A stretch of 64,000 nucleotides of DNA from an uncultured delta proteobacterium (GCA_963736755.1 CAVTQE010000023.1:9822-73821), one strand, 5' to 3'; counted from the first letter of the stretch, positions 41,775-51,856 are shown. Notes: generated from the letters alone by a model not told the origin. Numbers and translations are program-made.

Positions 41775-42976
41775 GTGAACAAACACAGGAGGATGGTTAT
41801 GAAGATTGGAATAGGGTTTGTTTTCGTGGTTACATTTCTGTTTCTGGGTAGTGCTTTTGCTGCTGATCCTGTACCACCGCCGGTAGAGGAAAGCTGCGGG
41901 CCGAAATTCACCTTTGAGGCTGGGCCAATCGTGATGACTCGTCACCAGGACAACCAAGCTATTTTTTCAAGCCCGGGAAACCCAAGGAGCGGTGACCTTC
42001 TGAAAACTTCCATGATTGATGACGATTGGAGGGTCGGCGGTCAGGCACGGTTGACGGTTTCTTTCCCGTGTTTCTATCTGGATTTTGGCGGATTTTGGCT
42101 ACCATCCGGCTCCAACACAGAAAATAAACCTTTGCCGTTAGAAAGCAATACCATTGAAACGAGCCCCCCTACATTGTTTGATGGTCGAACTCAGATTCCA
42201 TGGTTGATGATGATTGGAGAGTCGGCGGTCAGGCACGTCTGACTGTTGCCTTCCCGTGTTTTTATCTTGATTTTGGCGGATTCTGGATACCATCCGGCTC
42301 CGACACGGTACATAAATTTGAGCCGGATGGCGAAAATACAATCGAAACGAGCCCTCCAACATTCTTTGGCGGCCCAACAGTCGGAGATGCTACGTTTAAA
42401 TATTCTTCGTCGATCTATAATTTGGATGGGAATATTGGGCACAGTTTTGCTCCCTGGTTATCGGCCTATGCCGGAGTCCGGTATTTGAGGTTAAAAGAAA
42501 AACTTGACATGTTTTCCCCCTTCGGCGGCTCTGATTATGAGGACGATAATTGGAAAGCAAAGAACTCAATGGTCGGCCCGCAGATCGGCGCACGGGCAGA
42601 CATTCTGAAGCTGATCGGCGTTTGCGAATCAAGTCCCTGGTCTTTAGATACCAACGTTGCTTTTGTGATCCTGCACAATCATGCGAAATCTGAATTTTCG
42701 CGAACTCCTGGCACTGCTACCTCTGGATCGGCATCATCAAACTTCTGGACCCCGGGCGTGGCTGCGGAGGCTGATCTGGGGTTTCGTTTGATGCGCAATC
42801 TTAAACTGGCGATCGGCTATCAGATGCTCTATCTCGACCGGGTTGCGCTCGCTACAAATCAGGTGGCAGGGACCGGGAACTTCAACGTGGTTGGCGGGGA
42901 AATCAATATGTCAGTAGAAAAAGACAGCGTTCTTTATCACGGCGGACTCGTAAGGTTTGTTATAGACCTGCCGTAG
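41775..42976 (+). CDS. Outer-membrane beta-barrel protein (BBP7-like impression) broken by an internal 188-bp tandem duplication
   Basis: Signal peptide KIGIGFVFVVTFLFLGSAFA. DDDWRVGGQARLTV(S/A)FPCFYLDFGGFW(L/I)PSGS occurs twice. C-terminal beta-strand pattern ends ...YHGGLVRFVIDLP. Confidence 0.6.
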
Positions 42977-43073
42977 TCAGGTACAGGGTATCTTAAAAAA
43001 ACCAAAATCCCCTTCCAAGACCACTTAAAAAAGACCCGAGTTAAGTGCGTTTTTCCCATATTGCGGGGAGCGT

Positions 43074-43200
43074 ATGGCGTTCGGTTTCGTCGACCATCCT
43101 CCCTCTGAAGCCGCTCACCGCCCGTTTCTCGCAGTCTTGTTCGGCGATTCGTTCCTCGGGCTCCGCGTATTCCCGGCGCTGGCCGGGCTTATGCAAGCGT
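43074..43200 (+). pseudogene. Short remnant resembling the N-terminus of a GT39/ArnT-like glycosyltransferase
   Basis: FVDHPPSEAAHRPFLAVLFGDSFLGLRVFPALAGL; only about 40 codons, so weak. Confidence 0.25.
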
Positions 43201-43266
43201 TACTGCTTCCAATCGGTAATTCTTACCCCATAATGCACGATAAATCCTTATCGCTTTGTATATAAA

Positions 43267-43791
43267 TTAATTTGCAATAATTTTCCGTAACTGAACCGGG
43301 TCAAAGTGGGGGGGGAGAGGTGAGCGGAGGCCGAGACGCCGCAGGACACGTCCCGCTGCCCGGCGGGAGCAGTCATATGCCCCTATCAACCACAAGCCTG
43401 CTCGTGAGGCGTTCCACACGCGGGCCAGCAGGCCGCTGGTCCCGGTATCGAGAGGAACCACGCAATCGCCTCGGACGACACCCGTGACGCGCGCCACTAT
43501 GCTGTTGGGATTGAACGGCCCCTCCTCGTGCACGTTTGCGTCCCCCCGTGTGAAGAGGCCGTCAGCCGTTTTGCGGGTTACACGGTGGAGCAGGTATTGT
43601 CCCTCAGGGGTCTCCACCAGTGCCACCATCCCCAGGGTCAGCGTAGATGCTGTCACGGACGCCAGCTCGACGACGTCGCCCGACCGGATAAATGGGCGCA
43701 TACTCATACCCGTCACCGTCAGCCGCGCTCGCCCGCCCTGCTGCAGCGCATCGCGCACAAGCGGTACGACGTCAGCGCAGGGCGCTCTCAT
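43267..43791 (-). CDS. S26/S24-type signal-peptidase-like serine protease (candidate leader peptidase)
   Basis: VTGMSMRPFIRSGDVV...LLHRV...FTRGDAN. ATG 43791 overlaps the upstream stop (ATGA). Confidence 0.6.
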   Translation of the reverse strand: MRAPCADVVPLVRDALQQGGRARLTVTGMSMRPFIRSGDVVELASVTASTLTLGMVALVETPEGQYLLHRVTRKTADGLFTRGDANVHEEGPFNPNSIVARVTGVVRGDCVVPLDTGTSGLLARVWNASRAGLWLIGAYDCSRRAAGRVLRRLGLRSPLPPHFDPVQLRKIIAN

Positions 43792-44675
43792 AAGACAGAC
43801 CGCACGAGTGGGATCACTGCAGGTTCCGGACGGCATCGTAAGCGGTACACCGGAATTTGGGCCAGCAAACGGTCCAGCACGTCAAACGCCCGTGCCAGCA
43901 GTTCAGAATTCCAGTAAGGCAGAAAGGCGCGAGCGGCCAGCAGGGGCATGGATTCAGCAGGGGATAGCGGCACAAGTTCATTCTTGTGCGCCTTCTCGAG
44001 CAGCAGGATCGCCGACAGCGCTACCTGGTGGTTACGGGCGATGTGGGCGGTGCCCCCCCAGGGCGTTCCGTAAATGGTCACGCCGTCGGTGTTGAGCCGC
44101 ACGGCCACCCGGTCATCACTCAGGGCAACCACACCGTCCTCCTGCGCCCAGAGGAGCCCCTGGGTACTCTTCCCCGCGCCCGCCCGCCCTACCATGAGCA
44201 GGCCGCGACCGTTGTCGTCAAGGCCGCAGGCGTGGAACACAAGACCATCGTTGAAGATGATCCGTGTCCGGATCATCAGTTCACTCGGCCCGATGGGCAG
44301 GACCGTAGAAAATTGTTGGTTGCGCGCCGCCATCCGCTCCAAAAGCAAGGCCCGCTCCCACGTGTTGTTCACTTCTAACCGTGCCTTGGGGGGGCGGGTC
44401 TTCCAGCGCGATGTGTAATCAATGTCCACCAACGCCTCGTAGCCGTCACGCCCCTTAAACATCCGCCACACGTGCTTGGGATCATAGATCAGTTCGTTAG
44501 CGGGCAACGGGGAAAGATGCCTCACGCCTTCCCAGTGGATGACGATGTTCGATGCAGGGGCCGGGTGAGAAACCATAAAAGGGCTCAGCAGCCCTGGCAA
44601 GCCAATTTCCTCGAACGGTAGAGGGCATTCGACGGTTAAGGTCAGATCAGCAATGTGAAAATGGGCTTGATTCAC
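43788..44675 (-). CDS. HPr-kinase-related P-loop protein
   Basis: VFHACGLDDNGRGLLMVGRAGAGKST...LSDDRV resembles the HprK C-terminal domain. GTG 44675 overlaps the rSAM stop (GTGA). Confidence 0.65.
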   Translation of the reverse strand: MNQAHFHIADLTLTVECPLPFEEIGLPGLLSPFMVSHPAPASNIVIHWEGVRHLSPLPANELIYDPKHVWRMFKGRDGYEALVDIDYTSRWKTRPPKARLEVNNTWERALLLERMAARNQQFSTVLPIGPSELMIRTRIIFNDGLVFHACGLDDNGRGLLMVGRAGAGKSTQGLLWAQEDGVVALSDDRVAVRLNTDGVTIYGTPWGGTAHIARNHQVALSAILLLEKAHKNELVPLSPAESMPLLAARAFLPYWNSELLARAFDVLDRLLAQIPVYRLRCRPEPAVIPLVRSVL

Positions 44676-45733
44676 AGGCGGTTCATCTCCGCAACCCGTC
44701 TCCTCTCCCGGGCGATGCTGCACAGGTAAGGGACAGGCTCATCCGTGGAGCCAGCCTCCAGGTAAGAAGAGGCGGGACAGCGCGGACAATAGTTTTCATT
44801 GTCGCATACACTGCAGACTGGCGACGGTGGACAGTCGGCCACGATTTTGCGGGTCGCCTCCCAGGCAGCCGCAAAACCAGCCTCAAGCGGCCTTGCGCCC
44901 GGCATCGGGAAGTCCAGGCACGCGTTCATTTCACCGCCGGCAAAGATGACAAAGCTCGCTCGCCCCGCACTGCAATAGAACGCGCCGTGAGGAATATTTG
45001 CCGGCAGGGGCTCTTCCAGACGTGCCGTCACGCCCTCTTTCTGCTCCAGACGCACAACCTCCGCCGCCGATAGTCTGATGACCTCCGCCGTACCAGGCAA
45101 ACGGTCGCGGCGCGGCGTCAGCATCCAGGCTGCCTGGAAGGGCACTCCACGCGCGTGGGCCAGGTCCCGCATGGCAGGCAGTTCGTGCACGTTCAGCTGC
45201 GAGATCGTCGTCTTGATCAGGAGCGGCACTCTGCCTGTTTCTAACAGCGCGTCAATGCCTCGAAGGCACTGACGATAGCTGCCGGGCACATTGGTGACAC
45301 GCTCGTATACGGCCTCGGTGGCGCCATAGAGAGAAACCTCCAGACGGGAGGGCGGGGTGTTCGCCAGGCGATGGGCGATGGCGGGAGTGATCAGGGTTGC
45401 GTTGGTGAAGAGTGTGATGTTGAGCCCCCAGGTCGTGAGAGGCTCATAGATGTCAAAAAAATCGGTGCGGAGAAAAGGTTCACCTCCTGAAAGGCAGACA
45501 AAGAGCATTCCGGCGTCCGTCGCCTCCCGCGCCAGGGCTAGCCACTGCTGCGCCGATAACTCCCTGACACGAACGCCTTCGGCTCTGACGGGCCCGGCAA
45601 TGTAGCACATGAGGCAGCGAAGGTTGCAGCGGCTCGTCAGCTCGAACATGCCACTCAGCGGCTGCCCGGCAGTAATAGCCTTCTTAAAGAGAATGTCAAG
45701 CAATCCTCGATAGTCAGTGGGACTTTCGCTCAT
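44672..45733 (-). CDS. Radical SAM / SPASM-domain peptide-modifying enzyme candidate
   Basis: CNLRCLMCY (CxxxCxxC), SGGEPFL, C-terminal FYCSAGRASF...CPPSPVCSVCDNENYCPRCPASS. Confidence 0.85.
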   Translation of the reverse strand: MSESPTDYRGLLDILFKKAITAGQPLSGMFELTSRCNLRCLMCYIAGPVRAEGVRVRELSAQQWLALAREATDAGMLFVCLSGGEPFLRTDFFDIYEPLTTWGLNITLFTNATLITPAIAHRLANTPPSRLEVSLYGATEAVYERVTNVPGSYRQCLRGIDALLETGRVPLLIKTTISQLNVHELPAMRDLAHARGVPFQAAWMLTPRRDRLPGTAEVIRLSAAEVVRLEQKEGVTARLEEPLPANIPHGAFYCSAGRASFVIFAGGEMNACLDFPMPGARPLEAGFAAAWEATRKIVADCPPSPVCSVCDNENYCPRCPASSYLEAGSTDEPVPYLCSIARERRRVAEMNRL

Positions 45734-46005
45734 AACTCGATGAGCCCTGCGCGAAGCAGCTCGGCAAGGAATTCTTCGATATCTTTGCCGGCGGTAGCCT
45801 CATCGATATTGAACTCGATTGCCATTTCCTTTGTTAATGTTTCAGTAGATTGCGATTCATCGAGGTGGTCCCAGATCCAACGAGCGGATGGGTTGAGGGT
45901 GATCAGACAATTGAAATCAAAGACCATCTGGCCCGTCGGTACGATGACCGTCTGATCCGCGACTTCACGGAGGATGAGCCCTTCCTTCTTGCGCACTGTT
46001 TTCAA
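45730..46005 (-). CDS. PqqD-family protein (RiPP recognition element-like)
   Basis: 91 aa ORF; ...LILREVADQTVIV......LNPSARWIWDHLDESQSTETLTKEMAIEFNIDEATAGKDIEEFLAELLRAGLI. Its stop overlaps the rSAM start. Confidence 0.8.
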   Translation of the reverse strand: MKTVRKKEGLILREVADQTVIVPTGQMVFDFNCLITLNPSARWIWDHLDESQSTETLTKEMAIEFNIDEATAGKDIEEFLAELLRAGLIEL

Positions 46006-46134
46006 GAATCCTCAATTTAAGAGATGGACTACAAGGCGATTGACCGGACACCTTCACGGTATCTTGTGCATAAATATAAAGTCACCTCAGGCGAACTACA
46101 CGGCAGGACAATCTAAACTTTCTTCATTTTCACA

Positions 46135-46281
46135 TCAGCTTTGCCTCTTATGTGCCGCACAAGCCGACCCATGCTGGTACTTTAGACACTGCATAAGCCG
46201 CTCCTCGATTTGGAGCTTAGTAACAGTCACCTGAGGCTTCTCGTATTCTTTCTTCATGGGCGCCTCATGCTTTTTTTGCAT
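46135..46281 (-). CDS. Candidate 48-aa RiPP precursor peptide (below the ORF-track cutoff)
   Basis: Own translation: MQKKHEAPMKKEYEKPQVTVTKLQIEERLMQCLKYQHGSACAAHKRQS. GGAGG lies 10 nt upstream of ATG 46281, and the ORF ends 129 nt upstream of pqqD. Confidence 0.55.
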   Translation of the reverse strand: MQKKHEAPMKKEYEKPQVTVTKLQIEERLMQCLKYQHGSACAAHKRQS

Positions 46282-46462
46282 AAAAGCCTAACCTCCTTTC
46301 AGCCTCGCTTTTGTATTCGGTGTTTTATAGCGTAAAAAGAATTAATATAGGTTTTTAATTTTAAATCAATTTTAAAAATAAAGCTATTTTTTATGTTCGC
46401 TCAGGCAACAGTGTTGTCATGTATTGCTAACCCTATGAATTTAGACTTAATTTTTCCGTCTC

Positions 46463-47596
46463 TCACTGCTTCGCGAAACCCGTCCAGACCTTTACACGCC
46501 AGCAGATGAACCGAAGATAGTTGACCGGCAGCATTACGTCGCGGGAGGCAGGGTAAAGTTCTTTAATTTCTTGTGGTCGCGGGAAGAAGCTTTTAGTAAA
46601 GGAATAAAGAATCTTTGACCATGTATCAAGAACAAATCTTGCCATAAGGATATCCCCGGCATGGAATAATGTAACGTCCTTTCTGATATTCATTCTGAAG
46701 AATCTTAGAAGAAAGGGCGCGATATTGGCAGGCGCATGTGTGAGCTGCTCTTGGAGAATTCTAAAAGATTTAAGCGGACCATCTTTCAGACGCCATAAAG
46801 AATCCAACTGGGCAAGGATAATCCGGGCGGATTTAATAAGTCCAACTTTTTTGAGCCTGCCGGCAAATTCCTCCCAGTCAATTATTCCGTCATATTTATA
46901 TAAGCCCCAGTGGATGTCCACCAGTATTTTGAATTCCCTGAAGTCATGCCTGAAATGATGGATAAACAACATCATCATGGTCATCTCCGGGGAAAGAACA
47001 TACGCGCCTGAATTGTTTCTCTTCACGCTCTTCCATATATCATCAGAATTCATATCAAAAAGAAATGGAACGCCAAAATCCCAATGGACCTCAACCAGAA
47101 AAGGGTGCCTTGAGTGTTGGTACTGGGCATGGTGTAACCGGCCTATCCAGAAAAGCAACGGCAATGAATCTGTGCGTAGATAACCATTCCCAATAAAAAT
47201 GGTATCCGCGTTGACGATATCCGCCCTTTTTATCAGGATATCTATGTCCGACGAGCTTCTGCAGTTGGGATCGCCATAGAGTGTCCGCGCGATCTCATTG
47301 CCTTTGATGACGCAGGCGGGGATGCCCCGCTTTCCAAGCAAGGCCACAACGTCTTTTTCTATTGCCTCCTGACACACTGAAATGTTGACGTTTTTCAGGA
47401 AACGGTTTTCATTCTGTTTAAGATAGTCATCGATATAATTGTTTGATCCGGAATAGTGTTTTTTTAGCTGGGAATAAAGGAGCATCTCCAAGCCGTGCTG
47501 CTGTGCCAGGGTTACACAGGTGGAAAGCTCGGCACTGTTTAAAGAGATGGTGGATGGGGGCAGGGGGGATAGTATGTCCGTTAATGGAGATTTCAC
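46463..47596 (-). CDS. Uncharacterised nucleotidyltransferase family protein (NTP_transf_5-like)
   Basis: ...IPACVIKGNEIARTLYGDPNCRSSSDIDILIKRADI...FLVEVHWDF... pattern; upstream of and co-oriented with the RiPP-like operon. Confidence 0.65.
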   Translation of the reverse strand: MKSPLTDILSPLPPSTISLNSAELSTCVTLAQQHGLEMLLYSQLKKHYSGSNNYIDDYLKQNENRFLKNVNISVCQEAIEKDVVALLGKRGIPACVIKGNEIARTLYGDPNCRSSSDIDILIKRADIVNADTIFIGNGYLRTDSLPLLFWIGRLHHAQYQHSRHPFLVEVHWDFGVPFLFDMNSDDIWKSVKRNNSGAYVLSPEMTMMMLFIHHFRHDFREFKILVDIHWGLYKYDGIIDWEEFAGRLKKVGLIKSARIILAQLDSLWRLKDGPLKSFRILQEQLTHAPANIAPFLLRFFRMNIRKDVTLFHAGDILMARFVLDTWSKILYSFTKSFFPRPQEIKELYPASRDVMLPVNYLRFICWRVKVWTGFAKQ

Positions 47597-47814
47597 AGGG
47601 AAGTATGCCCCCTCAAGAGCCTGCTGTTCCTATTGATTTCCGGAAGATTTCGAGTCGGAAGGGGGGTTCTCGCCCTGACTTCCCTGATAAGTTTTGCTGC
47701 ACTGGCTGGCGTGGCGGTTACTTCTTCCAGTCCCTGGGTGGTTGTTTCCATGGTCTTTTTCCTTTCTGACTGCTTCCATTATAGCCCTCTTTTCCACCCA
47801 AACCAACCTTAAAA

Positions 47815-48190
47815 GTGCAAACTGAAATTGTTTCTGACTGGGCTCGAAAGACCTTGCACGCCATTATCCGCGGTAAAGTGGAGCCTGAAAGCATTATTCA
47901 CTCCGATACCCGGCGCGGTTACAGTAAATTGGTTGACTTGGGATACAAAAAACATTACCGTGTCCGCCATGGCAATGACCAGTCTGCCAATGGTAAGCGG
48001 CATATTAACGGCATCGAGTCTTTTTGGTCTTATTCAAAACGCAACCACATGAAATTACATTGAAAACAATGATCAATCTTTTATCTTCACCTCAAAGACT
48101 GGGAGTTCGGACGCAATTAGGGAAACCAAAATATTTACCAAGTACTTCTAAAAAACCTGAGGGAAAAAGCCATCAATGAGTCAAGACATT
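47815..48190 (+). pseudogene. 3' remnant of an IS1595-family (ISXO2-like) transposase
   Basis: ...IIHSDTRRGYSKLVDLGYKKHYRVRHGNDQSANGKRHINGIESFWSYSKR...; continues with stops and frameshifts as ...HLKDWEFGRN...YQVLLKNL. Confidence 0.7.
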
Positions 48191-48266
48191 ATTTTTTACT
48201 TGACATATTTCTTTTTACATTATAGAATTAAAGGACTTTTTTAATGAAGAACAAAGGGGAGAAAAA

Positions 48267-48698
48267 ATGAAAAAAATATTCATAAAAGCATTCACGTTTG
48301 GTTTCTTTTTACTTTCGGCGTTTCAATGCTTTTCCGCACCCCCAATCTCCCAGGGTGAATACGCAATTAAGTTAGCGGAAAAATTATGTTTGGGAGAAAA
48401 TTTATCAGCAGATGCGGCTATTGCCGCCTTGACCAAAGTGGGAGTAATGCCAGTGGATGGATTTAAACCCGGGGATCCCATGAATTGGATCATAGCGGGC
48501 GAAATTTTAAATGCGTGTCGAAGAGAGTGTAAGGAAAACCTGTTTAATTCTTTAACCTGCTGCAAAGAGCTTGCTCCTTTGCCCGACAAATGCTGTGACG
48601 AGGTGATTGGCCTGGTTTCCTCTTTAAACGAAGAATTGGGATTGCTTCCACCCGCGCCGCCAACTCCCCCGAAAGAAGATACAAGCGTTTCATCGTAG
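48267..48698 (+). CDS. Secreted Cys-containing hypothetical protein
   Basis: 143 aa ORF, GGGGAG RBS, signal peptide FTFGFFLLSAFQCFSA. Confidence 0.45.
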   Translation: MKKIFIKAFTFGFFLLSAFQCFSAPPISQGEYAIKLAEKLCLGENLSADAAIAALTKVGVMPVDGFKPGDPMNWIIAGEILNACRRECKENLFNSLTCCKELAPLPDKCCDEVIGLVSSLNEELGLLPPAPPTPPKEDTSVSS

Positions 48699-48758
48699 AT
48701 AAAAGGTGAGAGTTATTTCTTGATAATAAATTATAATGGATACGTGAGGAGATGAACA

Positions 48759-50082
48759 GTGAAACAAAAAAATAAAAGTAATAATTTTATTTTTTGGTTT
48801 CGCTACGCTTTTATTGTTTCTTATCATTCCCGGGCAAAGCCAGGCCCAGCTTTCCGTCGTTCCCGATTCACACCTATACCAGGCAAGGACAAACCTGCCC
48901 GCGCAAAAAATGGACAATACGCCGGGCTGCCTCCATCTGGGCTCCATTAAAATCCACCCGAGAGTCGATGTAAATGAGGCCTATGAAAGCAATCTATTTT
49001 TAGAGGAGAGCCATAAGAAGAGCGCGTGGCTTACCACGATTAGCCCGGGCGTTAGTCTCCTGCTTCCGCTTCGACGCCATTCACTTCAGCTTGATTACCA
49101 TGCTGAGATTATTGAAGCCTCACGATTTCATAAACAATTTGATACTGATAACCATTTTGTTAACGGTATTCTTAACCTGGATTTTAACCGGCTCAATATT
49201 CAGACAGGTGATAACTGGGAAAGCAACTCCACCGCCCCGGTTAATGAACATGATATCAGGAACGACTACCATCAAAATCGGGCCTTTTGTGATATAGGTT
49301 ACCGGCTTGCCACACGATATACGGTGCACGGTTTTTATCGAAACACCTCCAGGCAATTTGATAACACTCGCAGTTCTTCTGATCCAACGGCTGATCCCGA
49401 ATGGGACAACTATACGGAAAACGACATGGGGACATCTCTGTATTATCGCTTTTTGCCCAAAACATCAGTCCTCTTCGAATACGGATTTACCCACCACAAC
49501 CAAAACGACCGGGGATTACTCGACACTAACCGGGACTATGATGCGCAGCGGTACTGGCTGGGGCTCATGTGGGAGCCGACCGCGAAAATCAAAGGAACAA
49601 TAAAAGGCGGCTACTATCAACAAAATTTCGCTGCCGGCAGCACCTCCCAGGACTGGGGTGGATTTTCATTCGAGGGAAACCTCCAATATGCCTATACATC
49701 CCGTGACTCCTTTACCCTTACAGGATTCAGGTATCCCATCGAAACGAGCGTAAACGAGTCTCATGTTCCGGGTTACGCGCCCGGCCTTTACGGTACATAC
49801 TCCATCACAACCGGCGGCACTCTCACCTATAACCATCGCTTTACCTATAAAATCTCTGGTATCGCTGATGTATCATACTTTCATGATAACTACAGTGAAA
49901 AAGGTTCGTTGGGCATAAATAGAGATGATGACCGCATCTATACCGGCATAGGCGTCCTTTATCAGATCCGGGACTGGGTGGGTCTTAAGTCTGGGTATCG
50001 CTACGAGGATTGCGACTCCAATGCGTTCAATGAATCTTATCGGAATCATATATTTTCAGCGACATTATCCCTCACTTTTTAG
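48759..50082 (+). CDS. Outer-membrane beta-barrel protein of polysaccharide-export loci; frame break in A7 run 48766-48772
   Basis: Removing one A gives VKQKIKVIILFFGFATLLLFLIIPGQSQA (signal peptide) in frame with ORF 48814-50082. Alternating beta-strand pattern; ends ...SATLSLTF. Confidence 0.6.
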
Positions 50083-50140
50083 ACAGATGCTGATTGATCT
50101 TTCTAAAATAAAGAAAAAAAGTTAAAATTTTAGTCATAAA

Positions 50141-50174
50141 AGAAAGGAGGCCTTTGCCTCCTTTCTTTTATTTT
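50141..50174 (+). terminator. Rho-independent terminator after the OMP gene
   Basis: agaaaggaggc / cttt / gcctcctttct, followed by tttatttt. Confidence 0.8.
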
Positions 50175-50210
50175 ATTCTCTGATACAATGTTCAATTACC
50201 ATTTGAGTTT

Positions 50211-50264
50211 ATGGAAAATGCTAATAGGATGTTACGTGGTCTCATTAAGTCATTGAAGAACTAA
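50211..50264 (+). pseudogene. 3' remnant of a four-helix-bundle (23S rRNA IVS protein family) gene
   Basis: MENANRMLRGLIKSLKN* compared with the end of 61842-62201 (...MQDVDRMLSGLIKSLKK*). The nucleotide similarity continues into the following ttcacttttcac words. Confidence 0.7.
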
Positions 50265-50392
50265 CTTTTCACTTTTCACGATTCACTTTTTACGCTTCAC
50301 GCTTTACGGTTTTTTTTAACGTTTAACTTTTCACTTTTACGTTTTACATTTCACGTTTTACTTTTTACTATTTCAAACAGAAGGACTTTGCC
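50265..50392. repeat. Word block (H words, single polarity)
   Basis: cttttcacttttcacgattcactttttacgcttcacgctttacgg...cgtttaacttttcacttttacgttttacatttcacgttttac. Confidence 0.7.
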
Positions 50393-51359
50393 ATGAGGTT
50401 AAAAAGAATCATTATCACCCGGTCGTGCTTCCTTCTGCTTTTTTTGGCTCTGCTTCTCCTTCAGGCCTGTTCCTATCCAACCACACCCCGGATCAAAAAA
50501 ACAGCACCAGCACCTGAAGGGCCATCAGCCAGCACTCCTCCGGAACAAAGCATTGGGAAAATTTTTCAAAAAAACGCTCCGGTACTTGTTTCCCAGCCGG
50601 AACGCAAAGAAAAAGAATATGAAATCGGTCCGGAAGATAGGCTGGAGATTAGGGTATGGGACCAGGAAGATCTCACGCGGGAAGTGTACGTGTCCCGGGA
50701 AGGAGTTTTTTCCTATCCTCTTATCGGCACGGTTCAGGCAGGTGGCCTCAGCGTGGAACAGCTCGAAAAAGAAATTGCTGACCGGCTCTCCAGAAAATAC
50801 ATCGTCAATCCCCAGGTTACGGTTACGGTAAAAGAGTTTAAGAGCAAAAAAGTCCTGGTGCTCGGCGAAGTCGGAGTCCCCGGAACTATATCCGTTAACC
50901 GGGAAGACCACCCTTTTGGAAATACTCACGAAAACCGGTGGCCCAACCACAAATGCCGGGATTGAGATAACCGTCATGCGGCCCCGGAAGACCCCCAACG
51001 CTCCTGGCTCTCAGGAAAGGTCAGCGAACAATGAGGTGATAAAAATAAATTTAAAAAGGCTTTTAGAAGGCGATACCTCCCAAAATATTTATCTCGAGCC
51101 GAACGATACGGTGTATTTTTCTAAAACTGGATTTTATTACGTGTACGGCGAGGTAAAATCTCCCGGGAGATACAACCTGGAAATGGGCACCACTGTACTG
51201 AAGGCGATCACCACTGCCGGCGGAGTAACGGAAAAGGCAGCAGTCAACCGGACCAAGGTAGTGCGGGAAAAAGCAGGACAAAAATCAGAGATGCGCGTCA
51301 AACTGACTGACCCGGTTGAACCAGAAGATATTATCGTGGTTCCGGAAAGCTTTTTCTGA
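50393..51359 (+). CDS. Polysaccharide export outer-membrane lipoprotein (Wza family), one frame break near 50905
   Basis: Lipobox LLLQAC, YEIGPEDRLEIRVW...PLIGTVQAGGLSVEQLEKEIADRL..., then YPLTGKTTLLEILTKTGG... (SLBB) in the second frame. Confidence 0.85.
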
Positions 51360-51401
51360 AAAGAAAAGGGTTAATAAGGAAATGCGTTAATAAGTAAATG
51401 G

Positions 51402-51812
51402 GTGGAGGGGATGAAACAACCGATAGTAGTAAAAAGCTTTGAGGACTTATACGTTTATAGCCTATCACGGGCTTTCAGCAAGAAGGTTAGTGAGTTAATA
51501 AAATTGTTGCCACAACATGAAGAATACAACCTGAAAAGCCAGATGCGACGGGCAAAACTTTCAGTTACAAATAATATAGCAGAGGGATATGGAAGATATC
51601 ATTATCAAGAAAATATCCAGTTTTGTAGACAGGCAAGAGGGTCTATTTATGAATTGATAGATGATTTTAATGAATGCGCTGATGAAGGATACCTTGATCA
51701 AAAAATGCTAACCGATTACAAAGAAGCCGGTTATTATTTGTTGAAAGTTTTAAATAAATATATCAGTTCCCTGAAAAAACTAAAGCAAGCAACTAAAGAA
51801 TTAACTCATTGA
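51402..51812 (+). CDS. Four-helix-bundle protein, 23S rRNA intervening-sequence protein / Avd-like family (copy 1)
   Basis: ...QMRRAKLSVTNNIAEGYGRYHYQENIQFCRQARGSIYEL... Probably starts at ATG 51411. Flanked by an inverted repeat (51386-51403 / 51823-51848). Confidence 0.85.
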   Translation: MEGMKQPIVVKSFEDLYVYSLSRAFSKKVSELIKLLPQHEEYNLKSQMRRAKLSVTNNIAEGYGRYHYQENIQFCRQARGSIYELIDDFNECADEGYLDQKMLTDYKEAGYYLLKVLNKYISSLKKLKQATKELTH

Positions 51813-51856
51813 CTCATTATTTACCCATTTACTTATTTACTTATTAACTTATTTCT

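Noticed and set aside
43484-44418. Plus-strand ORFs of 114-203 aa overlapping the peptidase and kinase genes
   Set aside because: These are Arg/Pro/Ser-rich shadow ORFs in the GC-rich island with no RBS. The minus-strand genes have recognisable motifs and coupled start/stop overlaps.
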